DNA of 64,000 bases from Eledone cirrhosa. Taxonomy: Eukaryota. The notes under the pieces were generated by a model. That model ran no database searches and had not been told where the DNA came from. It worked only from the letters and a program-made list of their open reading frames with translations. The DNA lies in contig OZ024741.1 of NCBI GenBank assembly GCA_964016885.1, positions 164,548,001-164,612,000 of the forward strand. Direction: 5' to 3'. A program made the translations under genes and the position numbers. Shown in pieces: positions 11,990 to 27,520 of this stretch. Every line of letters begins with the position of its first letter. Position 1 is the stretch's first letter.

Positions 11990-12490
11990 ATGGGGTGGGG
12001 GATATGACTGGCCCAAGTGGTGGTTTATTTACTTTGTGGTATCTAGGAATAGGTGGTGGGGGTATAATTGGCCCAAGAGCTGGTTTAGTTAGTTCAAAGT
12101 ATCTGGGTATGGGGAGGGGGAGGGGAGTTATAATTGGCTTAAGAGGTGGTTTAGTTACTTTCTAGTATCTGGGTACGGTGGTGGTGGTGGGTCTAATTGG
12201 TTCAAGAGCTGGTTTAGTTACTTTCTGGTATCTAGGTATGAGGGGGGGTTTATAATTGGCTTGAGAGCTGGTTTAGTTACTTTCTGCTTTCTGGTATCTG
12301 GGTATGGGGGTGGGGTGGGGGTATGACTGGCCCAAGAGCTGGTTTAGTTACTTCATGGCATCTAGGTATGGGAGGGGGGGGGGTACAACTGGCTCAAATC
12401 TGGTTTATTTACTTTGTGATGTATAGGTATGGGTGAAGGGTATGATTGTCCAAGCAGTGTTTTAGTAACTTTGAAATGTCTAGACATGAG
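11990..12490. repeat. Degenerate G-rich tandem repeat, about 58-bp unit
   Basis: aattggcccaagagctggtttagttacttt...tatctgggtatggggg recurs about 8 times. Confidence 0.85.
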
Positions 12491-12833
12491 TTGGTAAATT
12501 GGTAGAATCATTCAAACATCAGATAAATGCATAGTGATGTATTCATTCCTGCTTTCTGCACCCAGGGTTCAAATTCTGGTGGAGCCAATTTAACCTGTCA
12601 TCTGTTCAAGGTTTATAAATAAAATACCAGTCAAGTACTGGTGTCAATTCTTCCTCTATATATCTTTTTCATTTCCTCTTTATCATTTTCTCTCCTTCTC
12701 TGGAAGAAATTGGTTATGTTCTGAATTGGAGAAGGGATGGGCTCTGCCAGGTTTAAAATGCCTAAGACATGCCGTATACTACTACAGTGCCCCCAAAACT
12801 CCATCAGGAGTTACAGGTGCGTAGTACACACTC

Positions 12834-12868
<35 letters not shown>

Positions 12869-14943
12869 TGTATCTTGTTGAAGGGTATAATAGGCCTATA
12901 TAAGTTGGTTTTATGCTATATGGAGTTCAAATTCCACTTGAGTCACTTTAATCTTTCAGACTTCTAAGATCAGTACAACAGATACCAGTAATATATTGAC
13001 CGAATTCATTTGACATCATTTTCTCCTTGCATAAATTAACCATGTACTGAGGTAAAAATAAATTGTGATTTAAATTACACATTAAGTAACATGGTTAAAA
13101 TCTTATCTATAGTTGCCTTCTTTATTGATTTTTAATATTCTTGTTGGATTTTTTTTTTTTTTTGTAGGATTTAGTTTCTAAATAACTGGAATGAATTAAC
13201 ATGATTAATGCAAAAAACAACAACAATAAATTAATATTTTTAAGATAGTGAGTCTCATAGTCTCAGTTTGGATTTGAATTTTGAATTTATTAATTCTAAA
13301 TTAATAACCAAACAATCTTTCTGAACTCATTTGATATTAAAACTAAAATGTAAATAAATGACTGAAAAATCTGTGTTTGGTTCCAAGAAAGAATTGATGT
13401 CTGAAAGTATTCCATCAATAATTCCATACTGATAGAAACTATAAATTTATCAACTAGACGATCTATTGATATAGTAATTCCTGAATATATATTAACCCTT
13501 TCCTAACTATATTTGTAATGAAAGATACATCATCATCATCATCATCATCACTGTTTAATGTCCAGTTTTCAATGCTGGCATATGATTATCAAATAATTTA
13601 ACTCACTTTCTTGTTATTAAACTGGTATTTGGAACATATCATAAAGATTATTATATGAAATTATGATGGAAGGTTAACTCTTTAATTACCATATTTCTAA
13701 TGAAAGGCTTGCTAGGATTTTCAAATAAGTTTTGAAAATAATCAAGAATTTGGATGGATTTAATAATATAACTAACTTTCTCATTATTAAGCTGGTATTT
13801 GGAATATAACTTAACAAAGGTTCTTAGGTAAAATTATGATGGAAGATGTTTAGATAAATATAAACATTTTATGCAAAACAGTTTTGTATTGTATAACCAT
13901 GGATGGACTGGCAGAATTGGTAGAACATCGGAAAAAATCTTTGCTGCATTTATCCTGGCTCTTGTCATACTGAGTTCAAATGCCACTAAAGTTAACTTTG
14001 CTTTTCAACTTTCCAGAACCAATAATATAAAGTACCAGTCATGTACTGATGCCAACATAATTGACTTTCACCTTCCCTAAAATTGTTGACTTTGTGCCTA
14101 AATCCGAAGCATTACAAGATATATTGTACTCAAATATTACAGATGGTGTTTATTCTACTTTGTTCAGAGTCCTGCTTGTTGTCTCTGCAATTGAGATGTT
14201 TCAATTAACATCTTGCTTAATATAACATTGGGCTCCTATTATAATTAGCTGAGTCCTCAAAGTCATGTTTCCTGCCGGTGACAAGAGGTAGAATTTGAAC
14301 TCGAAATGTAATAATCTGTAACAAACACTGCAATTCCACCAAACCCCCACACTATATGTTTCGATTCCAAAAGGGGAGATAGGTGCAATTTATCTTAATG
14401 TGATTTGAACTCAAAGTACACAGTGTCAGAGTAATATTATAAGGTATTCTACCTGACACTTTGATGACTGTCAATTCCCTCACCTGTTAATGTAATCAAA
14501 AACAAATTGATTTTTTACTACTTTGATTAATTTCTAAGTTTACTGAATGCATTGAATTCATCATCATAGCTTGGAGATGAGAGAGTCACTCCAGGTAGAG
14601 TCGCTATTTCTCTGAATTGAGAGATCACAGCTCCGATACTATAGGCATGTGGTTAGAATGTCTCAATAAAGAAGCACTGGACAGATTTTACGGGCAAAAC
14701 CAACCGGCAGGAGACCCAGGGGTAGACCCCGAGCAAGAAGAAGAAGAAGAAGAAGAAGAAGAAGAAGGAGAAGAAGAAGAAAAAGAAGAAAGTCGTTTTT
14801 ATGTCCACTTCCTACGCTGGCCTGATGAGGTCACTCTAACTAGACTTGTTAGAGTGACCTCATCTTTCTCATACATTCCATGTTACATGGTTTCTATGAC
14901 AGGGTGCCCTTTCTACCACTAGCAGCCTTATTGGATGTAGTGG

Positions 14944-16092
14944 GTGTGTTTTGTCATGGCACTAGAACTACCATTTTATAGAGTGGACCGGATGTATTTT
15001 ATTGTGGCATTAACACTAGAACTTTACAGGGATTATAGGATTACAGGGAAGACTCGGTGCATTCTATTGTGGCATCAGCACTACCTCATTCCAAGGATTA
15101 CAGTGGACAGGGTGCATTCTAGTGTGGCACCAGAACTACCACTTTATAGAGTGGAGTGGATGTATTTTATTGTGGAATCAGCACTACTTCTTTACAAGGA
15201 TTACAGGGTGGACTGGGTGCATTCTATTGTGGCACCAGAACTACCATTTTATAGAGTGGAGCGGATGTATTTTATTGTGGCATCAGCACTACCTCTTTAC
15301 AAAGATTACAGGGTGGACTGGGTGCATTCTATTGTGGCACCAGAACTACCTCTTTACAAGGATTACAGGGTGGACAGGGTGCATTTTATTGTGGCACCAG
15401 AACTACCACTTTATAGAGTGGAGCAGATGTATTTTATTGTGGCATCAGCACTACTTCTTTACAAGGATTACAGGGTGGACAGGGTGCATTCTATTGTGGC
15501 ACCAGAACTACCACTTTATAGAGTGGAGCGGATGTATTTTATTGTGGCATCAGCACTACCTCTTTACAAAGATTACAGGGTGGACAGGGTGCATTCTATT
15601 GTGGCACCAGAACTACCTCTTTATAGAGTGGAGCAGATGTATTTTATTGTGGCATCAGCACTACTTCTTTACAAAGATTACAGGGTGGACTGGGTGCATT
15701 CTATTGTGGCACCAGAACTACCACTTTACAAGGATTACAGGGTGGACTGGGTGCATTCTATTGTGGCACCAACACTACCATTTTATAGAGTGGAGCAGAT
15801 GTATTTTATTGTGGCATCAGCACTACCTCTTTACAAGGATTACAGGGTGGACAGGGTGCATTCTATTGTGGCACCAGAACTACCACTTTATAGAGTGGAG
15901 TGGATGTATTTTATTGTGGAATCAGCACTACTTCTTTACAAGGATTACAGGGTGGACAGGGTGCATTCTATTGTGGCACCAGAACTACCACTTTATAGAG
16001 TGGAGTGGATGTATTTTATTGTGGAATCAGCACTACTTCTTTACAAGGATTACAGGGTGGACAGGGTGCATTCTATTGTGGCACCAGCACTA
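14944..16092. repeat. SINE-derived minisatellite with alternating 39- and 45-bp units
   Basis: attgtggcaccagaactaccactttatagagtgga.. and ..tttacaaggattacagggtggacagggtgcattct units. Confidence 0.95.
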
Positions 16093-16528
16093 GAACCATC
16101 ATCACATGATCATGCAGACTAAAGAGTTTGTTCAAAACCTATATTCTTTTTACTAAGTAGCCAAACACTGTAACTTTTCGTCTCTCACCACATTTACTTT
16201 TAGTGTCACAGTGCAGATCTTTTGTATCATGGCATTAAAGATAAATGGGTTGAGGAATTAATTGCTGAAGACATGATGTGATAATTACCACAACACATTA
16301 TCTATTAAGTAGTAGTAAGTTGTAAGTAGTCTAGTCTATCAGTTTCATCTTGTTAAGAATGTACAACTAGTGTTCCAGTACGGTAAATAATTATAACTTC
16401 ACACATACACACACAACCACCAACTTCCACAAGCACATACACACATGCACACACACACACACACACAGTCATATACACGCACAGTCAGAAGCACACACAC
16501 ACAGTGTTATACACACAATCACACACAC

Positions 16529-16561
<33 letters not shown>

Positions 16562-16961
16562 TTGTACTACAACAGTATAGCGACCACCTTCAGAGACACA
16601 TCAATTAATCAATGAAGTCAACATTCACCTTTCGTCTCATTAGCGTCCATTCTGTTAATCTTTAACTGATATATATTTCTGATCTGGTTAGAAAAGTGAC
16701 GTTTTGTCTGGTTAGTTGATTGGATAGAGTTTAATTAGTGATGTAACCCCTACTATATAGCAGTAATATTATTGCAGTGATTTGAGGGGAATTTATTATC
16801 AAAGTTACCTGCACAACTTTCTGCTTATTGCCCCACTATGGGATAAACCCTGCTTCCTCAGCAAATAAGATGTAGCTTACCTCCCTATGACTTACACAAT
16901 AACCCCTGTCATTTACATCATTGTCTTCCCAGCTTGGTCGAGGAGACAACAAGCACCTCAG

Positions 16962-18982
16962 TGTTGTAAAGTAGTAGTGCTGGTGCCATGATAAAACACA
17001 TCTAGTCCATTTGTAAAGTAGTAGTGCTGGTGCCATGGTAAAAGGCACTTAGTCCACTTGTAAAGTAGTAGTGCTGGTGCACTGGTAAAACACATCCAGT
17101 CCAGTTGTAAAGTAGTAGTGTTGGTGCCATGGTAAAAAGCATTCAGTCCACTTGTAAAATAGTAGTGTTGGTGCATTGGTAAAACACATCCAACCCAGTT
17201 GTAAAGTAGAAGTGTTGATGTCATGGTAAAAAGCACTCAGTCCACACTATAAAATAGTAGTGTTGGTGCATTGGTAAAACACATCCAACCCAGTTGTAAA
17301 GTAGAAGTGTTGATGCCATGGTAAAAAGCACTCAGTCCACACTATAAAATAGTAGTACTGGCACCACAATAAAATGCTCTCAATACACACTATAAAATAG
17401 TAGTACTGGCACCACAATAAAATGCTCTCAATACACACTATAAAATAGTAGTACTGGCAACACAATAAAATGCTCTCAATACACACTGTAAAATAGTAGT
17501 ACTGGCACCACAATAAAATGCTCTCAATACATACTGTAAAATAGTAGTACTGGCACCACAATAAAATGCTCTCAATACATATTGTAAACTAGTAGTACTG
17601 GCACCACAATAAAATGTTCTCAATACATACTGTAAAATAGTAGTACTGGCACCACAATAAAATGTTCTCAATACATACTGTAAAATAGTAGTACTGGCAC
17701 CACAATAAAATGTTCTCAATACATACTGTAAAATAGTAGTACTGGCACCACAATAAAATGTTCTCAATACATACTGTAAAATAGTAGTACTGGCACCACA
17801 ATAAAATGTTCTCAATACATACTGTAAAATATTAGTACTGGCACCACAATAAAATGTTCTCAATACATACTGTAAAATATTAGTACTGACACCACAATAA
17901 AATGTTCTCAATACATACTGTAAAATATTAGTACTGGCACCACAATAAAATGCTCTCAATACATATTGTAAAATAGTAGTACTGGCACCACAATAAAATG
18001 CTCTCAATACATACTGTAAAATAGTAGTACTGGCACCACAATAAAATGCTCTCAATACATACTGTAAAATAGTAGTACTGGCACCACAATAAAATGTTCT
18101 CAATACATACTGTAAAATATTAGTACTGGCACCACAATAAAATGCTCTCAATACATACTGTAAAATAGTAGTACTGGCACCACAATAAAATGTTCTCAAT
18201 ACATACTGTAAAATATTAGTACTGGCACCACAATAAAATGCTCTCAATACATACTGTAAAATAGTAGTACTGGCACCACAATAAAATGTTCTCAATACAT
18301 ACTGTAAAATATTAGTACTGGCACCACAATAAAATGCTCTCAATACATACTGTAAAATAGTAGTACTGGCACCACAATAAAATGTTCTCAATACATACTG
18401 TAAAATATTAGTACTGGCACCACAATAAAATGTTCTCAATACATACTGTAAAATAGTAGTACTGGCACCACAATAAAATGTTCTCAATACATACTGTAAA
18501 ATATTAGTACTGGCACCACAATAAAATGCTCTCAATACATACTGTAAAATAGTAGTACTGGCACCACAATAAAATGTTCTCAATACATACTGTAAAATAT
18601 TAGTACTGGCACCACAATAAAATGCTCTCAATACATACTGTAAAATAGTAGTACTGGCACCACAATAAAATGTTCTCAATACATACTGTAAAATATTAGT
18701 ACTGGCACCACAATAAAATGCTCTCAATACATACTGTAAAATAGTAGTACTGGCACCACAATAAAATGTTCTCAATACATACTGTAAAATATTAGTACTG
18801 GCACCACAATAAAATGTTCTCAATACATACTGTAAAATAGTAGTACTGGCACCACAATAAAATGTTCTCAATACATACTGTAAAATATTAGTACTGGCAC
18901 CACAATAAAATGCTCTCAATACATACTGTAAAATAGTAGTACTGGCACCACAATAAAATGCTCTCAATACATACTGTAAAGT
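16962..18982. repeat. SINE-derived 39-bp minisatellite, opposite orientation
   Basis: ctgtaaaatagtagtactggcaccacaataaaatgttctcaatacata repeated about 50 times; degenerate at the left edge. Confidence 0.95.
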
Positions 18983-20705
18983 GGTTGGGATTCTCCAAGT
19001 GATTGATTACACTTAGATATTTGAAGCACAAAGGATGAATGAAGTTAATACTGCTGACAGACTTTGCTCACCAGGAGTCTTCCAGCAGTCTACAATAGTC
19101 AATCAATAAGACTAAGAAAAAAACACCACTACATCTAGTAGATACAATTGAGTATGACTCAGTACCATGTTTTTGCTAAGGATTTTAGGTGCCATTTTAG
19201 TTGTGAGCATATACAAGCAGCTTCTTGACCCCCCCCCCCTTTGATCCAGAATGTGATGGCTGGAAGGAGAGAGAACTGCACCAATAATGGGCTGGAAATT
19301 CTTTTTCGACCTTAAAAGGATGAAAGACAAAGTAGACCATGTCATGCTTTGAACTCAGAATGCAGAAGCCCAGAACAAATATCCAATACTCTAATGATTC
19401 TGCCAAATCAATAATAATTACATAAAAGAAAGAAATGAAATAGATGCGATGTGTTATGAATTTCAAGATTAAATTATTAACTGATTTTTAATTAGAAAGT
19501 TCAAAATGTGTTACATTGCAATTTTTGTCAAACTCAATGAAAATTTAATAAGCATTAATTATTGAGCAAGTTCTAAAGATGTTAGAAATCTTGAAACAAA
19601 ACAAAACAAAAATAAAATGAATTACATTTTGAGATTGATTTAGTTCAACAATGAGGGAATAATTTTGATAAATCTAAGTTTCTTGTCATAAATTTTTAAT
19701 TTTTAATTTTTTTATACACAATTGTAATAATTTGGTCAAAGCATTGCATGGGAAAATAAAGTGGAGCTCCTATTATCAATAACTTATTTTGGAGGATAAC
19801 AGTAAACCTTACATTTTTAGAGGTAAGAAACTCTCTGGAGAGCTGGACAGCAGGTCTTTAGAGAAGAAACCTCCCTCAAGCGAGTGTTTCAGCCCTTAAC
19901 TTTTTTATTTTAAATCATGTCGGGGTCACATTTGTTTTTTTGTCTTTTCGGGGTCCACAAAATAAAGTACCAGTCCAGTTTTGAGGGAAGAATTGTTCGA
20001 GTGTCAGACAAGATGACTTCTGGTATTTGATCCAGCTCTTTGAACTCAAAAGAATTCAAATCTTGATGTAGTTTGCTTTGGTGGTAGACATAATGTTTTG
20101 TCTGGTTTAAGCCTACCTTCTGATCCTGGAAGAGAGTAAGGGTGGGTGGTGGGGTGGGCATGCTATAGTGACATCAATTTTGTTGCATGTATTCAGACCT
20201 GGTCTCCACTTTGAGGATACCAACTTTCTTTTTCTTATCTACCAGACATGAGGTCCTGAAATGGACCCTCCTTACTAAAAGAGTCTAAATAAAAATGTAT
20301 TTAACATAGATGCCACTTGTCTCCCTCTCTTCTACCAATCATCATGCTCTGAAATGGGCTCTCCTGACTAAAAGAGTCTAAATAAAAATGTAGGTAACAT
20401 AGTTACAACTGGGAATAAAACAATCTGGTCAGTAAATTTGGTTTGATTGAGCACCAGTTGAAAGGAGTTTAACATATTAAGTCTATGGTAGTGACTCTTT
20501 AACAACAGATCAATACTTATACATAACAGTTAATCATCCTCATCACTATTACCATCATCAGTTTATGCCCACTTTCCACGCTGGTATGGGTTGGATGGGT
20601 TGTCTTGGTAAAGAGCCAGATGAGACAGACAAACTTCATCTTGCTCTTTATGTTCCATATTTGGCACAGTTTCTATGGCTGGATGCTCTTCTGAATGCCA
20701 ACCTC

Positions 20706-22313
20706 CTTACAGGGTATACTGGGTGCATTTTATCATGGCACTAACACTTTGCAGGGTGTACTAAGTACATTTTATCATGGCACCAACACTAACACTTTGC
20801 AGGGTGTACTGAGTACATTTTATCATGGCACCAACACTAACACTTTGCAGGATGTACTGAGTACATTTTATCATGGCACCAACACTAACACTTTGCAGGA
20901 TGTACTGAGTACATTTTATCATGGCACCAACAATAACACTTTGCAGGGTGTACTGAGTACATTTTATCATGGCACCAACAATAACACTTTGCAGGGTGTA
21001 CTGAGTACATTTTATCATGGCACCAACAATAACACTTTGCAGGGTGTACTGAGTACATTTTATCATGGCACCAACAATAACACTTTGCAGGGTGTACTAA
21101 GTACATTTTATCATGGCACCAACACTAACACTTTGCAGGGTGTACTGAGTACATTTTATCATGGCACCAACAATAACACTTTGCAGGGTGTACTGAGAAC
21201 ATTTTATCATGGCACCAACAATAACACTTTGCAGGGTGTACTGAGTACATTTTATCATGGCACCAACACTAACACTTTGCAGGGTGTACTGAGAACATTT
21301 TATCATGGCACCAACAATAACACTTTGCAGGGTGTACTGAGTACATTTTATCATGGCACCAACACTAACACTTTGCAGGGTGTACTAAGTACATTTTATC
21401 ATGGCACCAACACTAACACTTTGCAGGGTGTACTGAGTGCATTTTATCATGGCACCAACACTAACACTTTGCAGGGTGTACTGAGTACATTTTATCATGG
21501 CACCAACACAAGCACATTTTATCATGGCACCAACACTAACACTTTGAAGGGTGTACTGAGTACATTTTATCATGGCACCAACAATAACACTTTGCAGGAT
21601 GTACTGAGTACATTTTATCATGGCACCAACACTAACACTTTGCAGGGTGTACTGAGTACATTTTATCATGGCACCAACACAAGCACATTTTATCATGGCA
21701 CCAACACTAACACTTTGCAGGGTGTACTGAGTACATTTTATCATGGCACCAACAATAACACTTTGCAGGATGTACTGAGTGCATTTTATCATGGCACCAA
21801 CACTAACACTTTGCAGGGTGTACTGAGTACATTTTATCATGGCACCAACACAAGCACATTTTATCATGGCACCAACACAAGCACTTTGCAGGGTGTACTG
21901 AGTACATTTTATCATGGCACCAACACTAACACTTTGCAGGGTGTACTGAGTACATTTTATCATGGCACCAACACTAACACTTTGCAGGGTGTACTGAGTA
22001 CATTTTATCATGGCACCAACACTAACACTTTGCAGGGTGTACTGAGTACATTTTATCATGGCACCAACACTAACACTTTGCAGGGTGTACTGAGTACATT
22101 TTATCATGGCACCAACACTAACACTTTGCAGGGTGTACTGAGTACATTTTATCATGGCACCAACACTAACACTTTGCAGGGTGTACTGAGTACATTTTAT
22201 CATGGCACCAACACTAACACTTTGCAGGGTGTACTGAGTACATTTTATCATGGCACCAACACTAACACTTTGCAGGGTGTACTGAGTACATTTTATCATG
22301 GCACCAACAATAA
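20706..22313. repeat. SINE-derived 39-bp minisatellite
   Basis: aacactttgcagggtgtactgagtacattttatcatggcaccaacact repeated about 40 times, with occasional 24-bp units. Confidence 0.95.
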
Positions 22314-23582
22314 GGAGGTTGTCCCATGCATGTCTAATCTGAAGAGTCTTCTCAAACCCTATATTATCTGTGTTTGATTGCCAAACAGTATTGATTTGAT
22401 CAATGATATATCAATTAATAATTGTTATAAAGATATAACAATTGGAGATGGAAGAGTAGGAGATGGTACTTGACCCAGGGCTAAACAACTGATTAGTTTA
22501 ATTTGATATAGATGGTAACAGATATATTGTAATATGTGTTGTTTTGTTTTGTGTGTGTGTGAGTGTGTGTGATATAATCATCACCATCCTCATGGTCGTC
22601 ATCTTTTAGTCCACTTTTCCATCATCGCCACTACAACCTATACCATCACTACAAGCAACATTATCATCATCAGCACCATCAACATCATCACTACCATCAT
22701 TATTATTACAAAATTGGCAGTATTGGTAGAGAGTTGGACGCCATGCTTTCCGGCATAGTTACGTCCCTTTACGATCTGAGTTCAAATCCCGCTGAGGTTA
22801 GCTTTGCCTTTCATCCTTACGGAGTCGATAAAATAAAGTACCAGTAATGTACTGGATAATTGATGGCCTTGTGCCAAATGTAGAATCAATTATTACAAAT
22901 AAGACCCTACTAAACATTGTATAATGTAGTCCTAGCTAGACAATGCCCAAGAAAAGGCCAGGATGGTAACAGAAAGAACACCTTCAGTAATATATGGTTA
23001 CAGTCAGTGTTGATAAGGAAGAGGCGGTAGTAAACAATAACAACAATAACATCAAAAATCACCATCGTTACAATATACACATATTAATTAATTAATGAAA
23101 AATATAATGAATTGAAAAAAAATAAAGTATAATAGAAAAAAAACAAATCAAAACCAGTACAGAAACAATAACATAAAAACAGATAACAAATGAAAATGTT
23201 TTTAATCTGATATTCTAAATTATGATTGAGAATTACTGTTTCTAAATTAGATTTTTTGATAATGGAGATTGAATAATCCAATCAAATCAATAGATATATA
23301 AATCATAAAGAAAAAAAAATTGCGGCCAAATTTAGCTGGTTTTGTTGGTGAAAGCAGACACTTAGAGGAAAACAGACCAATAATCCTGGTGTAATCACAG
23401 CAGGAAGGGAGGGGTGAGAAAAGAGATGAAACCCACACCATACCACACTGAAATTCATAGTAGTCTTCCTGTATTTTTAATTAGCTGCCTAAAAGCTTAT
23501 CAAGTAAATCAATATAAAATAGATACTTTAACTCTGTTAGTGTTTGTATATATACATATATACATATATATATGTATATATG

Positions 23583-23651
<69 letters not shown>

Positions 23652-23678
23652 GTGTGTGTGTGTGTGTGTATATATGTG

Positions 23679-23726
<48 letters not shown>

Positions 23727-23878
23727 CACACATGTATATGTGTATGCATATATATATGAATACATACAAACACACACATACATATAACCCTCTGTGTGTG
23801 GTGAGTTAGTGACCTGAAATTATCCTATCCAATAAAACGATAATAATAATACCAACAACAACAACAACAATAATTATT

Positions 23879-23910
<32 letters not shown>

Positions 23911-23953
23911 GTGTCAGTGTGTGTGTGTGTGTACATATATATATATATATATA

Positions 23954-24290
23954 TCATCATCATCATCATTTTACGTCCGCTTTTCCCTGCTTGCAAGTGT
24001 GGGACGGGAACTGATTCTGGCTTGATTTCTACAGCTGGATGCCCTTCCTAAAACCAACCTCATTTACAGTGAGTGGTGGGTGCTTTTTTGCTGTGGCACC
24101 TCCACGACCACTTTGCAGTGGAATGATAGGGACCCCACTCCTATCATCTCATTTCTACAGCTGAGTAAACTGGAGCAATGTGAAATAAAGTGTCTTGCTC
24201 AAGGAAACAACACATCACCCGGTCCGAGAAATGAACTCACAACCTTTCGATTGCAAGGCCAATGCTCTAACCACTAAGCCATGTGCCTCC
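23954..24290 (-). mobile_element. SINE family 1 copy
   Basis: Same consensus; TA arrays on both sides. Confidence 0.85.
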
Positions 24291-24471
24291 ATATATATAT
24301 ATATATGTGTGTGTGTATACATATATATATATATATGTGTGTGTATACATATATATATATATATGTGTGTGTATACATATATATATATATGTGTGTGTAT
24401 ATATATATGCTAGCGTGGAAAATGGACGTTAAACGATGATGATGATATATATAAATAAATATATATATATA

Positions 24472-24538
<67 letters not shown>

Positions 24539-26757
24539 GTATGTGTGTGTGTGTATATATATATTAAGAAACTGATAGAAGCAAAGGTTAACACATGCAA
24601 CAACATCCGCCAACAGTGATGTCTATAAGAGGCTACTTGACCTGATCTATATAACAAGTTAAATCTCTCTCTTTCCACTACTAAGCAAAAGATAAGAGAT
24701 GTAATCCCAGCTAAGCTACTCTGAATTTTAGCTGTTCTGCTAGTATGCTGCTGCTGTTGGTGTTGTTGTTATGCTTCTGTAAGTTTAGATGGCATCCTAT
24801 GAGTGGACCTCACTGGGTGTTAGCTGGTGGTGGTGGTGGTGGTGTCCACTCTGTTGCAAGTATCTAGGACAAGTCATCCAAGCTGGAGGACCATTGACTT
24901 GGGATACTTAGACTTGGAGGCAACGGAGAGGATCATGGATGGAAGTTATGAGCAATGCATTGCCTTCACTAATAAAACAGTAATGTGTGTGTGTGTGTGT
25001 GTGTTTGTGCGATGTGGTGTGTGCTTGTATGATGTGTGTGTATATGTGTATGTGTGATGTGGCGTGTGTGTGTGTTTGTGTGATGTGGTGTGTGTTTGTG
25101 TGATGTGTGCATGTGTATGTGTGATGTGGCGTGTGTGTGATGTGGCGTGTGTGTGATGTGGTGTGTATGTGATGTGGTGTGTGTGCATGTGCATGCGTAT
25201 ATGTGTATGTGTGAAATTCCTTGTTGTAATCACTGCCCAAATACAATACAAGCAGAAAAATTTGGAATTGCCCGATCAACACTTGATGATAGAGACAGAA
25301 TTAATCTGATCTCTTAGAGTGACAACTAAAGATTCAATTTTGAAAGGGTTTTCTTTGTACATGAGACATAGGCAATGTGGAGACATAGGCAATGTGCTGA
25401 AATCAGACAGACAGTAACAACAACAAATACCCAGAGAAAATTCTGCCTAGATATCTCTTGTTAACAAACAGTCAGAAACGAATTAACTAAAGTCTGATGT
25501 ATTGAAATGAACAAGAAAACCTGATTAGAGCTGTATATATATGTTAAAGTGTCTAAAAAGGACATATAAGTCAAAGTGAGAAAAGGAAAGGTGTAACTAT
25601 TTCCTATTAAACATCAGGAATAATATGAAAACATCATTAAACAACCAACATGAGATATTTGGTTATATCGTGATTTTGACAGAAAGCTCTCAACAATCAT
25701 GTATACGAGCAATTAAGCCAGTTCAGCTAAACTTCACATTCAAATATTTTGCTCAATAGTTATTGATTGTAGCTATGAAACAAGTCTATCATTATCATTA
25801 TCCTGTATATGAGGTAATCACACATACAGTCCAACATTTATAGGTCACCTTATACACCTAATTACACTTCCTATACTCCGGCTATTAACCTGGTTAACAA
25901 CATACCAGCACCAGCGCCACCACCACCACCACGGCTAGTAAAGAAGACTTCTGGGTATTTATGAGCTACCTCCCTGCTAAATCTAGTGGACAAATCACTG
26001 GGAATAAAATCTGGCTTGTCTTTTAAAACAATGACCAAATATTCAACTCTTATTGTCCTGTACCACATGAAACCACATTAAAAAGATATTCTTGAAAAGT
26101 GCAAAACACCATTATGACTGAATTATATTAAAAATCACTCTAAAAAGCAAAATTTCACAATGATCTGTCCAGTGTTAAAGATACTATAAACATTTGAATC
26201 AACAAACCGCATAACATCCCATTAGTCACACATTCTAGAAAAAACACTGACTGCATCATATTAAATATCTATGTCTTATTTTAACAGTGCAACATTTCAT
26301 AATGATCTGTCCATCAGTAAAGATACAACAAATATTTGAATTAACAAACATACAGAAAATAGCACCACTCGGTACTGTACACATATGTATTGGATCTCTC
26401 GTGTATTGGACAATGAATCTTTCATTTGTTTGAACGGTGATGGAACAGCATGCTGATGAAATTAAGATGCAAGTGGCTGAGCATTTCCTGTGCACCCATA
26501 ATGTAGTCCTCACAGAGATTCAGTGTACCACAGTATGACAATTTTGGCCCTTTGAAATATAGACGCAACCCATTTTTGCCAACTAGAGTAACATGAAATA
26601 AAGTGTCTTGCTCAAGGACACAATGTGCCACTGGGATATACACAACATAAAGAAAATAGTACTACAGGTGAGATTTGAATATAGAATGTAAAGGGCTGTG
26701 TGTAAATATTGTAAGATCATTAGTCTACTGCTAAACTAGTTAAGTTAATATACAGCA

Positions 26758-27520
26758 ATAATTATTTCTACTATTGACACAAGGTCAGCAATTATCCCAG
26801 TGCATTACTGGTACTTTATTTTATCAACCCCGTAAGGATGAAAGGCAAAGTTAACCTCGGTGGGATTTGAACTCAGAATGGAAAGGGCCGTAACTCTATG
26901 CGCCAAAGCATGGCGTCTGATCCTCTACCAATACTGCCAAATAATAATTGTTTCTACTTTTGGCACAAGGCCAGCAATTTTCCAGTACATTACTGGTACT
27001 TTATTTTATCGACCTCGTAAGGATGAAAGGCAAAGTTAACCTCGGCGGGATTTGAACTCAGTCCGTAAAGGGGCGTAACTCTGCTGCAAAGCATGGTGTC
27101 CGACCCTCTACCGATATTGCCAATCAATCACTCTTTATAATGATTAATAATAATTATTTCTACTTTAGGCACAAGGCCAGCAATTATCCAGTGCATTACT
27201 GGTACTTTATTTTATCGACCACGTAAGGATGAAAGGCAAAGTCAACCTCGGCGGGATTTGAACTCAGATCGTAAAGGGATGTAACTATGCTGGAAAACAT
27301 GGCGTTCGACCCTCTACCGATACTGCCAATCCACCGCCCTTATAATGATTAATAATAATGGTTTCTCATTTAGGCACAAGGCCAGCAATTTGAGGGGGAG
27401 AAATGTTCATTAAATTAACCCAATACTTGACAAGATTGTAACTCTGAATGCAAAGAGCCTTAACTAAATGCCACAAAGCATTTTGTCTGATGTTTTAATG
27501 ATTCTGCTAATCCACTGCCC
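26758..27520 (-). mobile_element. Tandem array of about 4 tRNA-derived SINE family 2 copies (Nin/Deu-like domain)
   Basis: Sense reads tggcagtatcggtagag...gagttcaaatcccgccgaggttaactttgcctttcatccttacggggtcgataaaataaagtacc...tagaaacaattattat. Further copies near 210-350, 9620-9770, 22715-22895, 32645-32765, 38235-38425 and 60270-60450. Confidence 0.8.

Noticed and set aside
14944-22377. Long ORFs of 304-560 aa
   Set aside because: They are translations of 39/45-bp minisatellites, open in several frames and strands, with no domain signature.
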